Shown here in pieces: positions 1 to 12,890 of a DNA stretch of 64,000 nt. Position 1 is the stretch's first letter; each line of letters begins with the position of its first letter. Origin of the DNA: the human T2T-CHM13v2.0 reference genome, Homo sapiens; assembly GCF_009914755.1 (NCBI RefSeq), contig NC_060925.1; one strand, 5' to 3'. Under the pieces are notes generated by a model. That model searched no databases, was not told the origin of the DNA, and saw nothing but the letters and a program-made list of their open reading frames with translations. Position numbers and translations under genes: made by a program.

Positions 1-1682
1 CCCTTGCTTCAGGGGCTGAAGGCTCCAGACCCACAGGCAGGGACAGAGGAAATGCGTAGGGGTCCTTGTCACCGCTCTGCCAGCATCTCACTTTGTGACC
101 TTGGGCAAGTCACTCTCCCTCTCTGGGCCTCAGTGTCCTCATTGGTGTCCTCACTACTTCAGGTCTTATCCAGCTCTGGGATTCCATCTTCTTGGCAAGA
201 AAGAAAAAGATCCGCATGCTCAAAGATTCTAGGGACAGAGGGGCTGGTTCAGACATTTTAAGATGAAGGGAAGAATTCATGAGTAAAAAGAATGGTTCAA
301 GCATTCTGAGTTAGTGATATTGGGGTTATTACATGATCACTAGGTGGTCCAGAAAGTATATTTGCCCCTAGAGCACAGCCCATGAGAGTGGAAGCCCTGG
401 GGGGAGAGGGAGTATGGGAGGGCCAGCAGTGGCCATGACGGGTGCAGGTGGCCCCCCAGGGCTGACCCGATCTGATCCTGAGTTGAGGCCAGGAGAGCAG
501 CTGATACTCTCTGATTGCCCTGGCCTTTCTGCCAGGACCCACCGGGCTGCTGCTGATGGCAATGTCTGCCAGAGTCGCAGAGCGAGAGTGTGAGCATGGA
601 CAGAGAGCCCCTGAGGACGCTGGGCTCCTGTCCTGCCTTGCAGCCTCCCAGGCGGGTGCTGGCTGCCTTCCTGGCACAGCCTGGACCCTGGGGAAAAGCT
701 GCCTTGGGCATAAGCTCTTGTGGAGCCCTGTTGAGCCAGGGCTTCTGGGAAGCTGGTGAGACTGGACCTGGCCCTGGCAAGGTCTGGGTGTGGGGCAGGG
801 GGGAGGAGCTCCTAGGCCATCCATCCAACCCACGCCCCATGCATGGCTTAACCTCTCGGAGCCTCCACTGCTCCATCTGTAAAATGAGGACACGGGTACT
901 CCTAGATGAAATGATACAAGCAGAGGACGATGCCTTGCACACCCCACAGTCATGGAGATCTACAGGCTGGGGCCAGGGGCAGCTGGAAGGGAGAGGGACG
1001 CAGGCTCTGTGGGAGGAAGGGGGCACTTCTCAGGGGAGAGGCCTTGGACCTAAGACCCCAGCACCTCCTGCAGGCAGGGCCGGGCCCAAGGGCTCCTGCT
1101 TTGCAGCCCAGGACTTGGTCCAGAACCCCCACAGCTGCCTTTCTTTGCCCCCGAATTTTTAAATATGAAAAATCTCCATTTACCAGTTAATGAAAAGCTG
1201 GATCCAGGGCTGGCTGTAAGAAGGAGGCTGCAGATATAATTCTAGGTCCAGAGACCTGGGGAAGACCGAGTCAGGAGGGGAGCTTGTCTTTCCTCAAGTC
1301 ACACTGAGACCCCGGGAAATAGGAGGGGACGCAGGGGACTGGCAAGTCCCCAAAATGTCCTGGGGCCACATGATTTCAGGGTTGTGTGTGTGTGTGTGTT
1401 TGTGTGTGCAGGAGCTATCTCCATATCAATATTAACTATCTCTGTATTGAGTTTATAATCTATCAATAAGTAGTTTCTTCATCCAAGTTATTTTGCTTCA
1501 CAAAGGGTTTCATTAAGCAAGAAGAAATGTATAATCCAAAAGAATAATATAAAAAATAAAAAATCAGAAGTTTCTGCTGTACATGTGAATGACTGGCACA
1601 GTTTCTGAAAAGTTAATATAAACCTTTTGAAAAATCGGGATTGGGCCTCCTGGTACTGTGGAAAATGCAGGAGATGGAGCAT

Positions 1683-1800
1683 GTCATTCGACCTCTCTGA
1701 GCCTCAGTTTCCACATCTGGAAGTTGGGGAGAGCAGTTTCTGTCTCATTGCTGTGATGTGGGGATTAAATGATCAAGTGTTTACAGAGCGCCTGGTCTCT
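1683..1800 (+). mobile_element. MIR SINE fragment (further fragments at ~92-145, ~845-925, ~2170-2215)
   Basis: MIR core ACCTCTCTGAGCCTCAGTTTCCACATCTG...GGGGATTAAATGA. Confidence 0.8.
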
Positions 1801-2955
1801 GCTTGGTGCAGGGGCAGTCACGGGTCCATGGAGATGCTTCTTGAAGTTTTGCGCTTGATTTGTGTTGGAAATGTGTCATCCAGACAGGCTTCCTGGAGGA
1901 GGCGTGGCCTTCGAAGCTGTTCTGAGAGTCCAGGTGGGAGCCTGTGGAAACAGGACCAGGAGGAGGAGCCGGGGGCTGTGGGCACCTAGGGTGGGCTACG
2001 GGTAGCTCAGGAGGTTGCTGGTAGAGCCCTGAGGATGAGGGAGGGAAGTGATTTGGGGGACTGGGCTTGCTGGGCCTGTCCTAAAACGAGGAATGGGATG
2101 GAAGGGAAAGGAGAAGAGAGACCTATATTCTCTCAGCCCCCTCCCAGACACCCTGTGGGGAAGATGCATGGGTGAGCCCCACTATACAGATGTGAAAACT
2201 GAGGCCCATAGAGGGCTCTTGGGCAGCTATTCATGCTGGTGACTCAGATGGGGAGGGGGAAGACAGACATGAGCAGCTTTGCTTGAGCTTGTGATGTGTT
2301 GGGTTTCATTCCAAGCAAAAAAAATGTTAAAAACCCTCATCAAATAAAGAGTAAAAAACAATAATTTGAAAAAGAAGGAAAGGCAGGCCAGGGAGCCCAG
2401 GCAGCCAGGCTGGGGTGGCACAGTCGGGACGTAACACAGCTGGGTGGAAGCCCCTGGTGTCCACCAAAGCCTGTGCTCCTTCTTCTGGGCTGGACTGGGG
2501 CAGGGGCCTCCTTCTCAGGGACTCAGCAGGGGCTCAGCAGCCCCCTCCGTGGAGTTTATTGGGTCCTTAATGGGCTCTCAGAGACCTGGCACCTGCCGCC
2601 TTTTCTGTTCTAATAAAAGGCAGATGCCTTGGGGGTGGATGGGGGTAGTGTGTGGGGGGCTCTGGCTCGTGGCCACTCTGGGTGACACATTCCTGGGTCC
2701 TGACTCACAGGGAAACGTCTTCGTCTTCGTGACTCCTCAGCACTTTTGGGCCCTGCAGCTGTGGCCGCATTCCTCCTCGTCCTCCCCTCCCCTCCCGCCG
2801 GTCCCTCCAGCTGGAGCTGCTGCTAATGGCATTGACCCATCCTGGGCTGTGGAGACTGAGGCCGCTGGAGGATGGGTACTGGTTTCCATACTGTGCCACA
2901 CAGAGTGAGGGAGGGAAGAGGACCTTCTCACCTGGGGGATGCCCTTGGCTTAGGG

Positions 2956-3157
2956 CAGTGAATCTCAATCAGGAGAGATTTTGCCCTTCGGGGGACTTTT
3001 GGGAATGTCTGGAGACATTTTTGGTTGTTGCAACTGGCGATGTTGGTGTGCCCTGCCATTCTGTTGGCATTGATAAGGGTAGAGGCAAGTGATGTTGCCA
3101 AACATTCTACAATGAACAGGACAGCCCTCATAACAGAGAACCATCGATTGTCCCAAA
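2956..3157 (+). mobile_element. MER20 hAT-Charlie DNA transposon relic
   Basis: CAGTGAATCTCAA...GGAATGTCTGGAGACATTTTTGGTTG...GGGTAGAGGC...AAACATTCTACAATGAACAGGACAGCCC matches the recalled MER20 consensus. Confidence 0.88.
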
Positions 3158-3657
3158 GCTGGGGCACCCTGGCCTGGAGTCCCCCGGGCCAAGGCCTGGA
3201 ATAGGGATTCAGTGTCCCCATTGCACACACTCTCTGTAAGCCTCTCACTGTGGGAGACCCTGGAGCTGATACTGGAGACGCTGAGATGATCCAGTTTCAA
3301 ATCCTGGTGGTCCAGAAACCTTCCAGTCTGGCATGCGAGACAGACAAGTGCCTGGCTTGTTCTCAGCCACCATAGCAAGGGAACTTCCAGAAGAGCAAGC
3401 AGGAGGTCACGAGTCTTGGGCTTGGAGGACAGACCCATGATGTCAGGGAAAGAGCACTAGACAAGGAGTCCGCAGTCCCAGCTCTGACCAGCTGAAGAAA
3501 CACAGACAAGCCATCCATGTCCCCCTCTTTGGGCCTCAGTTTTGTCCTCTGGTCATTGCTGAGCTGAAATCTCTAACTCTAAGGGCCCGAGCTGTGCCAG
3601 TCTTGGATTCTAGACTCAATTCATTTGCAGTGTGGTGGAGGGGCTTGAGGTACAGCA

Positions 3658-3838
3658 TAGAGGTGGGCAAGCCATGGCCGAATCCAGCTGGGCGCCTGCA
3701 TTTGTGAAAAAAATAATGTCTCTGCACTGTCTATGGCTACATCAGCAAAGTGGAGTACTTGCAACAGAGACTGTCTGGCCCTCAAGTGCTAAAATATTTT
3801 CTCTCTGGCCCTTAGAGGAAAAGGTTGTTGGCTCCCCC
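3658..3838. mobile_element. MER58A hAT-Charlie relic
   Basis: TGTCTATGGCT...GCAACAGAGACTG...CTAAAATATTTTCTCTCTGGCCCTT; opposite orientation to the copy at 11.7 kb. Confidence 0.75.
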
Positions 3839-4374
3839 ACACTAATGGGCAGATTTCAGGTGTAAGTCACTGGCCAGTTGGGAATTAGAGGAGAGGTATT
3901 TGTTTGGCAGGGGGCGTGGGAAGGGCATATTTTGATGGAAGTTTTTTCTAGTGCACTGGTCAGGATCTCAAACTCAGATTCCTCTCTACGGCCTCAGTTT
4001 CCCTGTGTGTGAATGGAAATCGCTGTACCTGCCTGGCACAGTGGGTAAGGAGGGAAAGTCTCGTGCCTGGGCCAGGCTGGCGGAGCTGGGTTATTTATGG
4101 TTTCCGCCGGGAGGGGGGCTGCAGGCCGCGGGCCGTGTCTGACCTGAATTCTTACACTTACAGGAAATTAGAGCCCTTGGAAGCAGGTGCGCTGGGATCC
4201 TAACACTCGGGTGGCCGAGAGGGCGATGTGGCTGAGGCAACAGGGAAAGGGGGCTGGACTGGGCTGGGGGCTGGAGGAGGGGCCAGTCCCGAGGGGACGG
4301 GGCTCCAACCTCACCTTCCTGCTGTCGTGGAGAAGAAAAGTGGTAATGACCGCTACTGTGCACTGGGCTCTCGC

Positions 4375-4535
4375 TCTGTGCTTTGCTTGTGTTTGCTCAG
4401 TTAATCCTCCCAACATACCTCTAAGGTAAGATGATTGCCCCTCATTTTACAGATGGGGAAACTGAGGCTCAGTGAGGTGTGCTCACTTGCCCATGAGCAC
4501 AGAGCAGGCGTTAGAGTCAGGATTTGAACCCAGGA
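4375..4535 (-). mobile_element. MIR SINE
   Basis: CCTCATTTTACAGATGGGGAAACTGAGGCTCAG...GGATTTGAACCCAGG (reverse MIR core). Confidence 0.9.
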
Positions 4536-5063
4536 AAGGCTGTACAATTCCAATTCTTATATCCTCTTTTCCATACCAGCCACCTATGGGCAACAAGGTC
4601 TCCAAGGAAACTCCAGAACATTCTGTGGGTTTCAGTGGTTACCTGCTGAGGCGGCATTGGGCATGGAGCATCCGAGGGTCCAAGGTGAGAAAGAATCAGG
4701 GTGTGTGGCTTATGGTCCAGTTCCAGGGTTGGAGCGGGAGGGTGAGTGGTCGGCGTCTGTGGCAAGCAGCTGTGGGGCTTTTGGGAGCTGGCCGTAGGCA
4801 AGGGAGTGCCAAGTGTCTGCAGTCAGAGGCCAGGAGCCTGGGAGGCTGGAGAGATGGGGTCTGGTCTGCCCTGAGGTCGGGCCTGGCCGGGGGTGCCCTG
4901 GGTGGGCTGCCTGTCTGCAGCGGGCAGGTAGGTGAGCCTCGTGCACACTGGGTCATGTGTGACGAGTCTTTGATTTATAAGAATGTGTGGGAGTGTGAAC
5001 TCATGTGCAACAGTGTGAGTGTGAGACAGGGTGGGTGTGATTGTTTGAATATTTGGATGCTTG

Positions 5064-5368
5064 CAGAGGCGGGTGAGGCTTGGTAAGGGCCAAGATGTCT
5101 TCAATTTGGGGACTTTCTTTATTAAAAGGAATGCAAAATGACAAATACTAAAGAGACTTTAAAACGAGAAAAGAAACCACAACGAATTACTCAATTTTTA
5201 AGCTGACAAATACCACAAACATTACCAAATCCAGAAAAAAATCATAATATTTTTATTAATTAACTCCCTGGCACATTCCTGTACTACTGATTTTTATTTC
5301 TCTTTTTGGCTTTGACCATCGTGTGAACACATTGCAAGGGCCCTCCCGGGGCTCTGGAAGGAGGCTGC
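5064..5368. mobile_element. MER96B-like hAT-Tip100 DNA transposon relic
   Basis: AAGCTGACAAATACCACAAACAT...AATCCAGAAAAA...ATAATATTTTTATTAATTAACT...GTGAACACATTGC.AGGGCCCTCCC matches the recalled MER96B consensus. Confidence 0.75.
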
Positions 5369-5908
5369 AGCTCCAGCCTTGGGATGTGTGAGTTTGTGTG
5401 AGCGACTGAGGGCGTGGGTGTGTGTGCGGGTGTGACCAAATGTGGGGGCCTGTTTCACAAAAGAGAGATGGAGAGCAAGGCTGTCATGGCAAACTGGCTC
5501 AATGGGTATTTGTTGAATAAATAAAAAGGACGATCGCATATGTGAGAGACTGTGTGTGGAGGAGATGCATGTGTGTTTAAGCACGTGCACATGCGTGAAT
5601 GCATGCATGTGCAGTAGTGGCCGTGGGAAAGAGTGTGTGTGAGTCTGTGTGATCCCTCGGTGTCTTTTCTTTGGCATTCTAGTTTTAGGGAGCCCCTCCC
5701 TGCCTGCACCTCCACCCCCACCCATACCCCGCCCAGAGGCAGATGGGCACAGACACGCTGTGGCATTTGGTCCAGGCCTTGCGGGGACAGGCTCAGTGCG
5801 CGGAATTCACAGCTCCTTCCCCTGCCCCACCTCCCCTCCTCCCACCGATGAAATGTTGGTAATTCAATCCACGGAGAAGCCCGATGTCCCGGGGAGAGGC
5901 TGGCATGG

Positions 5909-5911
<3 letters not shown>

Positions 5912-5993
<82 letters not shown>

Positions 5994-6030
5994 CAGAAAG
6001 AGAGAGAGAGGCAAGCAGAGAGAGAGGAGA
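5912..6030. repeat. Compound microsatellite (TG)~23(GA)~14 with degenerate GA tail
   Basis: Directly visible. Confidence 0.98.
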
Positions 6031-7394
6031 CACTTGCATTTTTCCAAGCTGGTGGGCTCCCAGCTCATGCCCTTCCTTGTACAAATGGGGACCCCAAGCC
6101 TTAGGGGCAGGGAGGGGACATGTCTGAACAAATGAGTGGGAGCAGGTTGGGACCAGAATTCAGCTCTCCCAGGTCAGTGTTTCCGATACAAATAGCCCTT
6201 GAAGAGCACTTGCTATGGGCTAAGTAAGCATTGGGTCAGGCTGAGGGGTGGAGGGTGCTTGGACAGAAAGAATCCTGAGTTGCAGCCACTTTTAGAAAAG
6301 TAGGGGACTCTGCGAAAGGGAAAGGGGATATGTCTGTGTTTTGGGGGAGCAGCCATGGAGAAGCAGGCAGGGCTAGATTGTGGGGGTCCAGCCCACCAGC
6401 CTGGGGAGCCTGGTTTGCTCCTGAAGGGAATGGGAAGGGGTTAGAGGGTCAAGGGTAGTGGGTGGGACGGGCACAGATTTGGGTTTCAGAAGGAGAACTG
6501 GCTTCTGTGGGGAGGTGGAGGGGCTGCTGGGGCCCACTGTCACCAAACAGCCGAGTGCCCCATCTGGGCAAGAGGTAGTAGGTCTGATGGGGTAGGGGGC
6601 GGGATTGCTAGGCTGGAGACGACCCCAACTCTGGCCTTTTTCACCACTCGCCCCTCCTCCCCATCAGCTTTCCCCTGAGAGGCCTCACACTTGAACTTAG
6701 AGGAAGAGTGAGTGGCCCTGGAGCTGGGCCTTCCAGTAGGAGCAGGGTTTCTGCAGGGAAGCAGAGAGAGGAGCCCGGGAGAAGGCACACGGTGAGCAAA
6801 GGCAGGGAGGTGGCCCACTGTCCTACCCCCACAGTAGCCTGTGCTTTTTGTCCACTGCAAGGAAGAGCTTAGAACCCCTTTACCTAGTCCCTGCAGGCAA
6901 CGGAGGCGCATGCTGCTAGGGGTCTTTGGGATGCCTGGAACTTTAGGTCAAGGCTAACGAAGAAAATGTGAGCCCACAGTAGGCCCTGCTCAAATTCCAC
7001 CTGCAGAAGGATAATTCCTAGAGCCTGTGAGAGCTGCTGGCCCGTCCAGACTCACCCTGCCCCTCTCCCCAGACCTGCCCTGGGCTCTGGGACCTGACAA
7101 CCCCAGATGGCATCATCTGGGCCCCTTGTTGTCTGGTTTCTGGTTGGCCTTGGCGAACTGGGGGGGGTGAGAGCTGAAGTGGGTCATAGGAATTATTTCC
7201 CTGCTGAGTTGCCATGGGCTGGCTTTGTCCCTCTCCTGCTCTGGACACAGATCCTCTCTGGGTTCTAGTAACTGTTCCTACCCCTCCCCCTTCAGGCTTG
7301 AGGGTGGTAGCAGCTTTCCACTCCTACTAGCCCCTGGGTGCAGCACAATTGCTGATGGGTTCCTCTTAACCCCACCCACACCACAGTGGCGGGG

Positions 7395-7536
7395 TTTTAT
7401 TTATTTAAAAATGTATTAAATAGAGACAGGGTCTTACTATGTTGGCCAAACTGGTCTTGAACTCTTGGCCCCAAGTGATCCTGCCTCCTTGGCCTCCCAA
7501 ATTGCTGGGATTATAGGCGTGAGCCACAGTGCCGGG
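7395..7536 (-). mobile_element. FLAM/AluJ left monomer
   Basis: TAGAGACAGGGTCTTACTATGTTGGCC...GGGATTATAGGCGTGAGCCAC. Confidence 0.9.
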
Positions 7537-8310
7537 ACTGTAAATCCCTTTTCTGTGAGGCTATTTCCTGCTGGGACACTGACCGTGTCGCCCTGCCCTG
7601 TCTCCAGCTAGCTTTCCCTTCCCTCTCCTCTGGCTGGGCTCCCACCCTACCCTTAGCTGGGTTGAGGAATGTCACTTTCAAGTTCTCAGTGGGTCCAGAG
7701 CTCTGTGGGAGGAGAGCCCCAGAATCATTTCCACAAACATCAAACTCAACAACCACAATGTTAGATAAATAAGGTCTGGCAGGCAGGGTGGCTGCTCAGC
7801 CCCGGAGCTCTGGGGAAGGCCTTTGCTCCTGTCTGACCCGTCTGGTCTGCTCACACCCTGAGCTTGCTGGTGTTCTGGTGTGTGCAACCCTCTGGGGTCT
7901 TCCGGGCCCACGCTGTGCCTCAGGCCCACAGAGATGCTAAACGGCCCCTCATAGAAGCCCTGACGCTGGGCCCCTTGCAGCTTCTCCCAGGGTGTACCAA
8001 TGATGCTTCTCCCATGCAGTGAATTCTTCCCACATCTGATCACCCCGTTTTCTGTCCATTTCATAGGGTTCTTCTCAGCCACCGTCAACAACCCCAGCTG
8101 CTACCAAGGTGCAAGAACACACAGGCTGCTGTGAAAGGACTGTAGGGGGCAAGGGCAGAGGAAGGGGCCAGCCAGGAGGCTTCCAAAATAATCCAGGCAG
8201 GAGAGGATGGTGGCCTGGACAAGGGTGGCAGGTGGAGGAAACTGGCTGGATTCCAGAAATTCTCCCATTTCGGCACCCAGACTCCATGCAGAGTAGAAAT
8301 GGATGCTCTT

Positions 8311-9008
<698 letters not shown>

Positions 9009-9679
9009 TTAGGACCATGTTTCCAGGGAGGACACAGAGGCACAGGGGCATGAGGACCCTGCCCTGGGTGGTGGCAGAGCTGGGATTTGAACCCGGGTTT
9101 GCATGACTCCCAGCCCTGTTCCTGTCCTCTCAGGGGCTGCACCCTCCCCCTGCCCCTTCCTCCTCCCCCTCCTACCAGGCAGGGCTGAGCCAGACTGGGG
9201 TTCCAAAGCCCTTCCTCCTTCTCGATCCAGAGATAAATATTTGTTTCTCCAGTGTAAATAGCCCTTCGTGTTTAATGAGGCAATCCTAGGGCCATTTCCT
9301 GGCACGGCTCAGGGCCTGGAGGTCTTTCTCGCTCTGGGAGGAACAGTCCTAGGAGGAGAGCCGCTGAGGAGGGGTTCAGGGCCTCTGAGAAAATCCTTCC
9401 ATTTACAGATGAGGAAACTGCTGCTCAGAGACGGCAGCCGACCCAGCCAAGGCCGCACAGCCAGGATTCAAAGCCATACCGCTCAGCTCCTGCCTCCAGG
9501 CTCTGCCTTTGCATGTGGCTTCTCCTGGCTCCTGGACCCTTCCCCGGCCCTCCCAGCTGGCTGTGCTGTGACAGTGGGCGGGGGAGTGCCAAGGCTCTGC
9601 CCTGCCCCCCGCCCTTGGCATCTCCGGTCAATATGGCACTCACAGCTCCCTGGGCATGGACCCCCTCCTGCCATCCCCA

Positions 9680-10012
9680 CTTAAAGTGATACTTTAATAA
9701 ATTATGCTTTTATGTTATTACACGTGGAGCTATAAAAGCAGAGAGTGTGCGGCCGGGCTGAGGTAAGGCGCCCGCGACTTTCCAATTTCCTGGTCTGGCC
9801 TGGCTCTGCTCCGCACCGTGAATTTTTCATTAATGTGCACAGGTGACGCCACGGGGCAGCCGCAGGCCAGGTAGGCTCCCACGGCGGCAAGGCCTGGGCT
9901 GGACCTTGCTGGGCTGGGCTGGGCTGGGGATGGCACAGCGGGTTTTGTACCAACAAGGATTAGAAATAGCATCACGCTGCGGCTCAAGATCATGCCCTGG
10001 ATTTAAATAGCC
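9680..10012. promoter_or_regulatory. Candidate enhancer/promoter-like non-repetitive element
   Basis: Homeodomain-type TTTAATAAA/TTTTATG/CATTAAT, CACGTG 9721-9726, TATAAAAG 9731-9738, locally retained CpGs. Confidence 0.5.
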
Positions 10013-10017
10013 AGGGC

Positions 10018-10318
10018 GGCCAGGCACAGTGGCTCACGCCTGTAATCCCAGCACTTTGGGAGTCCAAGGCAGAAGGATCTCTCCAGCCCAAGAGTTCAAG
10101 GGCAGCCTGGTTAACATAGCGAGACCCTGTCACTACAAAAAATTTTTAAAAATTAGCTGGGCATGGTGGCATGTGCCTGCAGTCCCAGCTACTCGGGAGG
10201 CTGAGGTGGAGGGATGGCTTGAGCCTGGGAGTTGAGGTTGCAGTGAGCTAGGATCACACCACTGCACTCCAGCCTGGGCGACACAGCAAGACCCTGTCTC
10301 AAATAAACAAACAAATAA
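10018..10318 (+). mobile_element. AluJ
   Basis: Dimeric Alu with J-type GGGATGGCTTGAGCCTGGGAG and GACCCTGTCTC. Confidence 0.95.
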
Positions 10319-11735
10319 GCACACACAAGAACTAGAAACCCCCTGTGTCTAGAGGAAGGAAGGGGCGTCCACTGGCCTGTGCCAGACTCTGGGCCGGCGT
10401 TTGTTGCACATGACCTCATTTCACCCTCAGAAGGCCATGAGATAGCCTTATGCACCCCACTTGATGGATGAGGAAAGTGGGGCTCTGTTGGTGAGTGAGT
10501 GGCGGTGTCAGCTCTGAACCCAGCCAGTCTGATTCTAGAACCTGAGTTCCTAACTGCTAGGCTGTTCTCATTCATTCCTTTCTCCCTCCTCTTCTCCCCC
10601 ACGTCTGTGGGTCCTTTCCATGTAGTCATAGTTACAGAGGCAATGGACACATTGAAGAGAGGAAAGAAAACAAACACGACCTAGAATCTACGGGGAAGGA
10701 AGCCTTCTAGACTCCAGACCTTCCATGTCCAGAAGTGTCAGTCTTCACATCTGTGAGGTGGGGCCAAGGAGTCCTGCCCTGCCATGCTGGGTGTTGACTT
10801 CGGGGAAGGGGCCTTGGGATGTCTATGAGGATGCAGCTGCTGCCTTCTGTCTTGGCAGAGACCATGGCCACCCCAGGACACCGTGTTTGGTCCCCGCTGT
10901 GCTAAGTCTCCTCCAGGCACCAGCCAGGCATCAGTGGAGCACAGCGGAAATGGGTCCAAAGCCACCCACAGAGGCTCTGTGTGGTTCTTGGATAATTCTG
11001 GAAGGCTCTAGAGAAGGCAACAAGAAGGCAGGAACCCAGGGCCAGAAACTGGACAACTTGTGTGTGTTTGTCTGTAAAGTGGGGCTAGGAATCCGCGTGG
11101 GGGTCAAATGAGAACAGCTCTGCCTCCCAGCGCACAGTCCCGCGTCGAGGTCAGAGAGCCTCTTAGGCCCTGGCTCTTTTGGGAAATCATCCCAGGGGCT
11201 AAAGACAAAACTGAAGTTGAAATAAACATGGGGGTCCAAACACTCCAGAATTCTGAGTGAGGGAATCTCCTCCCAGGCTTCCACGCCAGGCCCGAATGCA
11301 AACAAGAGGCAGCAGGGGTGGCTTGGGCCCCTCACACAGAATTAGTGAGATTAGCTGAGAACCAGAGCCCAGCAGATGTCCCCTCTCTGGACTCGGTGAC
11401 TCACTTGCCTCCCTGGTTGAGAATCGTATCCGGCTGGGCCTGAGCTGTCCTGGCTGGCAGGGAGCTGGACGCAGGGCAGAGGTCGGGGTAAACACCCGTG
11501 CTCCAGGCGGGAGGTCGGGATGGGGGTGGTGACAAGGAGGACAACATTTCCACTCAGCAGAAAGAAGAGCCTGAGCTGCCCTAGAGCCGGAGGCGCTGCC
11601 TGGAGAGGTCGTGAGGACCCGGTCCCAGAGGTGTGCAAGCTGGGTACCCTTTGAAGACTATAGGAGGATTCCAGTTGGCGCTGGGAGTGCTCCAGGCAGG
11701 ATGCCAGTTCAGGTCCTTCGTGCATGAGACTCTCC

Positions 11736-11965
11736 CAGAGAGGCAGGCAAACATTTTCTGGGAAGGGCCAGATAGTAAATATTTCAGGTTTTGCGGGTCA
11801 TCCTGCTATCTCTGTTGCAACTGCTCAACTCTGCCACTGTAGCTTGGAAGCAGCTACAGACAATACATAAATGAATGGATGTGGGTGTGGTTTTGTAAAT
11901 AAAACTTTATTTACAAAAACAGGCAGTGGGCCAGGGGTGGACCCTGAGCCACCGCTTGCCAACTG
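11736..11965. mobile_element. MER58A hAT-Charlie relic
   Basis: GGGCCAGATAGTAAATATTTCAGGTTTTGCGGG...AATAAAACTTTATTTACAAAAACAGGC. Confidence 0.9.
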
Positions 11966-12704
11966 TATAGAGCCTCCTGGAAGCTTGTGGATTGCAGGGC
12001 AATGACGTGACTCTTCTGCATTTGACCTTGCAGGTGGTGCCGCTCCACCTGGATGGGTTTATTCTTCCGTTTTCTCTTCCCTCGATGGGTTTATTCTTCC
12101 GCTTTCCCTTCCCTCCCTCCCTCCCTCCCTTCCTTCCTCCTTTCCTTCCTTTCCACCCATTCACTCATTTATCTCTCTATTCAGCCATATACTTCATTGT
12201 TTCAACAAATCTCTGCTTCTTGTTCTAGCTCTCTAACTCACTCACTCACTTATGAATTCATCCAGTCATTTATTCACTCACTTATTCATTTACTCTACTG
12301 GAAGCTCAGGGTTCTATTGTGGAAAATGTGGAAACGCTAAAGGAATTGGAATTCTTTTATCTGGGGAGACTCTGGAAAGTGCAGGGATTAATGATTGTCT
12401 CTTAGGCTCTGTTACATTTATAGGAAGAAGATTCTGGGCAGTTCTTGATTCACTCATGAGTCCTGCATTGTTTGCATACCCAAATCCTCCTCTAGTTGAG
12501 GCTCTGCACTAGGAATACAGCAGCAAAGATTCTGTCCTTGCCTTCCTGGAGCCTGTGTTCCAGTCTAGACTCAGGTTGTAAATAGATGGGATGTTCCAGG
12601 CAGGGAGAAGAGCACAAAGACCAAGAGGTGAGACAGAGGGAAGTATGTTCCAGAAACAGAAGTTGGGTCTGATTGGAGCACAGTGTGTGCGCATTTGTGT
12701 GTAC

Positions 12705-12890
12705 GTGTACGTGCAGGTGTGCGGCAAGTGTGCATGTAGGTGTGCAGCAGGTGTGTGTGCAGATGTGCGGCGGGTGTGCGTGCAGGTGTGCGGCGGGTGT
12801 GCGTGCAGGTGTGTGGCAGGTGTGCGTGCAGGTGTGTGGCAGGTGTGCGTGCAGGTGTGCGTGCAGGTGTGTGGCAGGTGTGCAGCAAGT
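12705..12890. repeat. Minisatellite of alternating 11-mer GCAGGTGTGTG and 12-mer GCAGGTGTGCGT (~23 bp period)
   Basis: Directly visible tandem array. Confidence 0.93.

Noticed and set aside
5064-5368. AT-rich island as a conserved enhancer
   Set aside because: Explained by a MER96B-like DNA transposon
12705-12890. Regular repeat as a CRISPR-like array
   Set aside because: No unique spacers, primate context, simple tandem minisatellite
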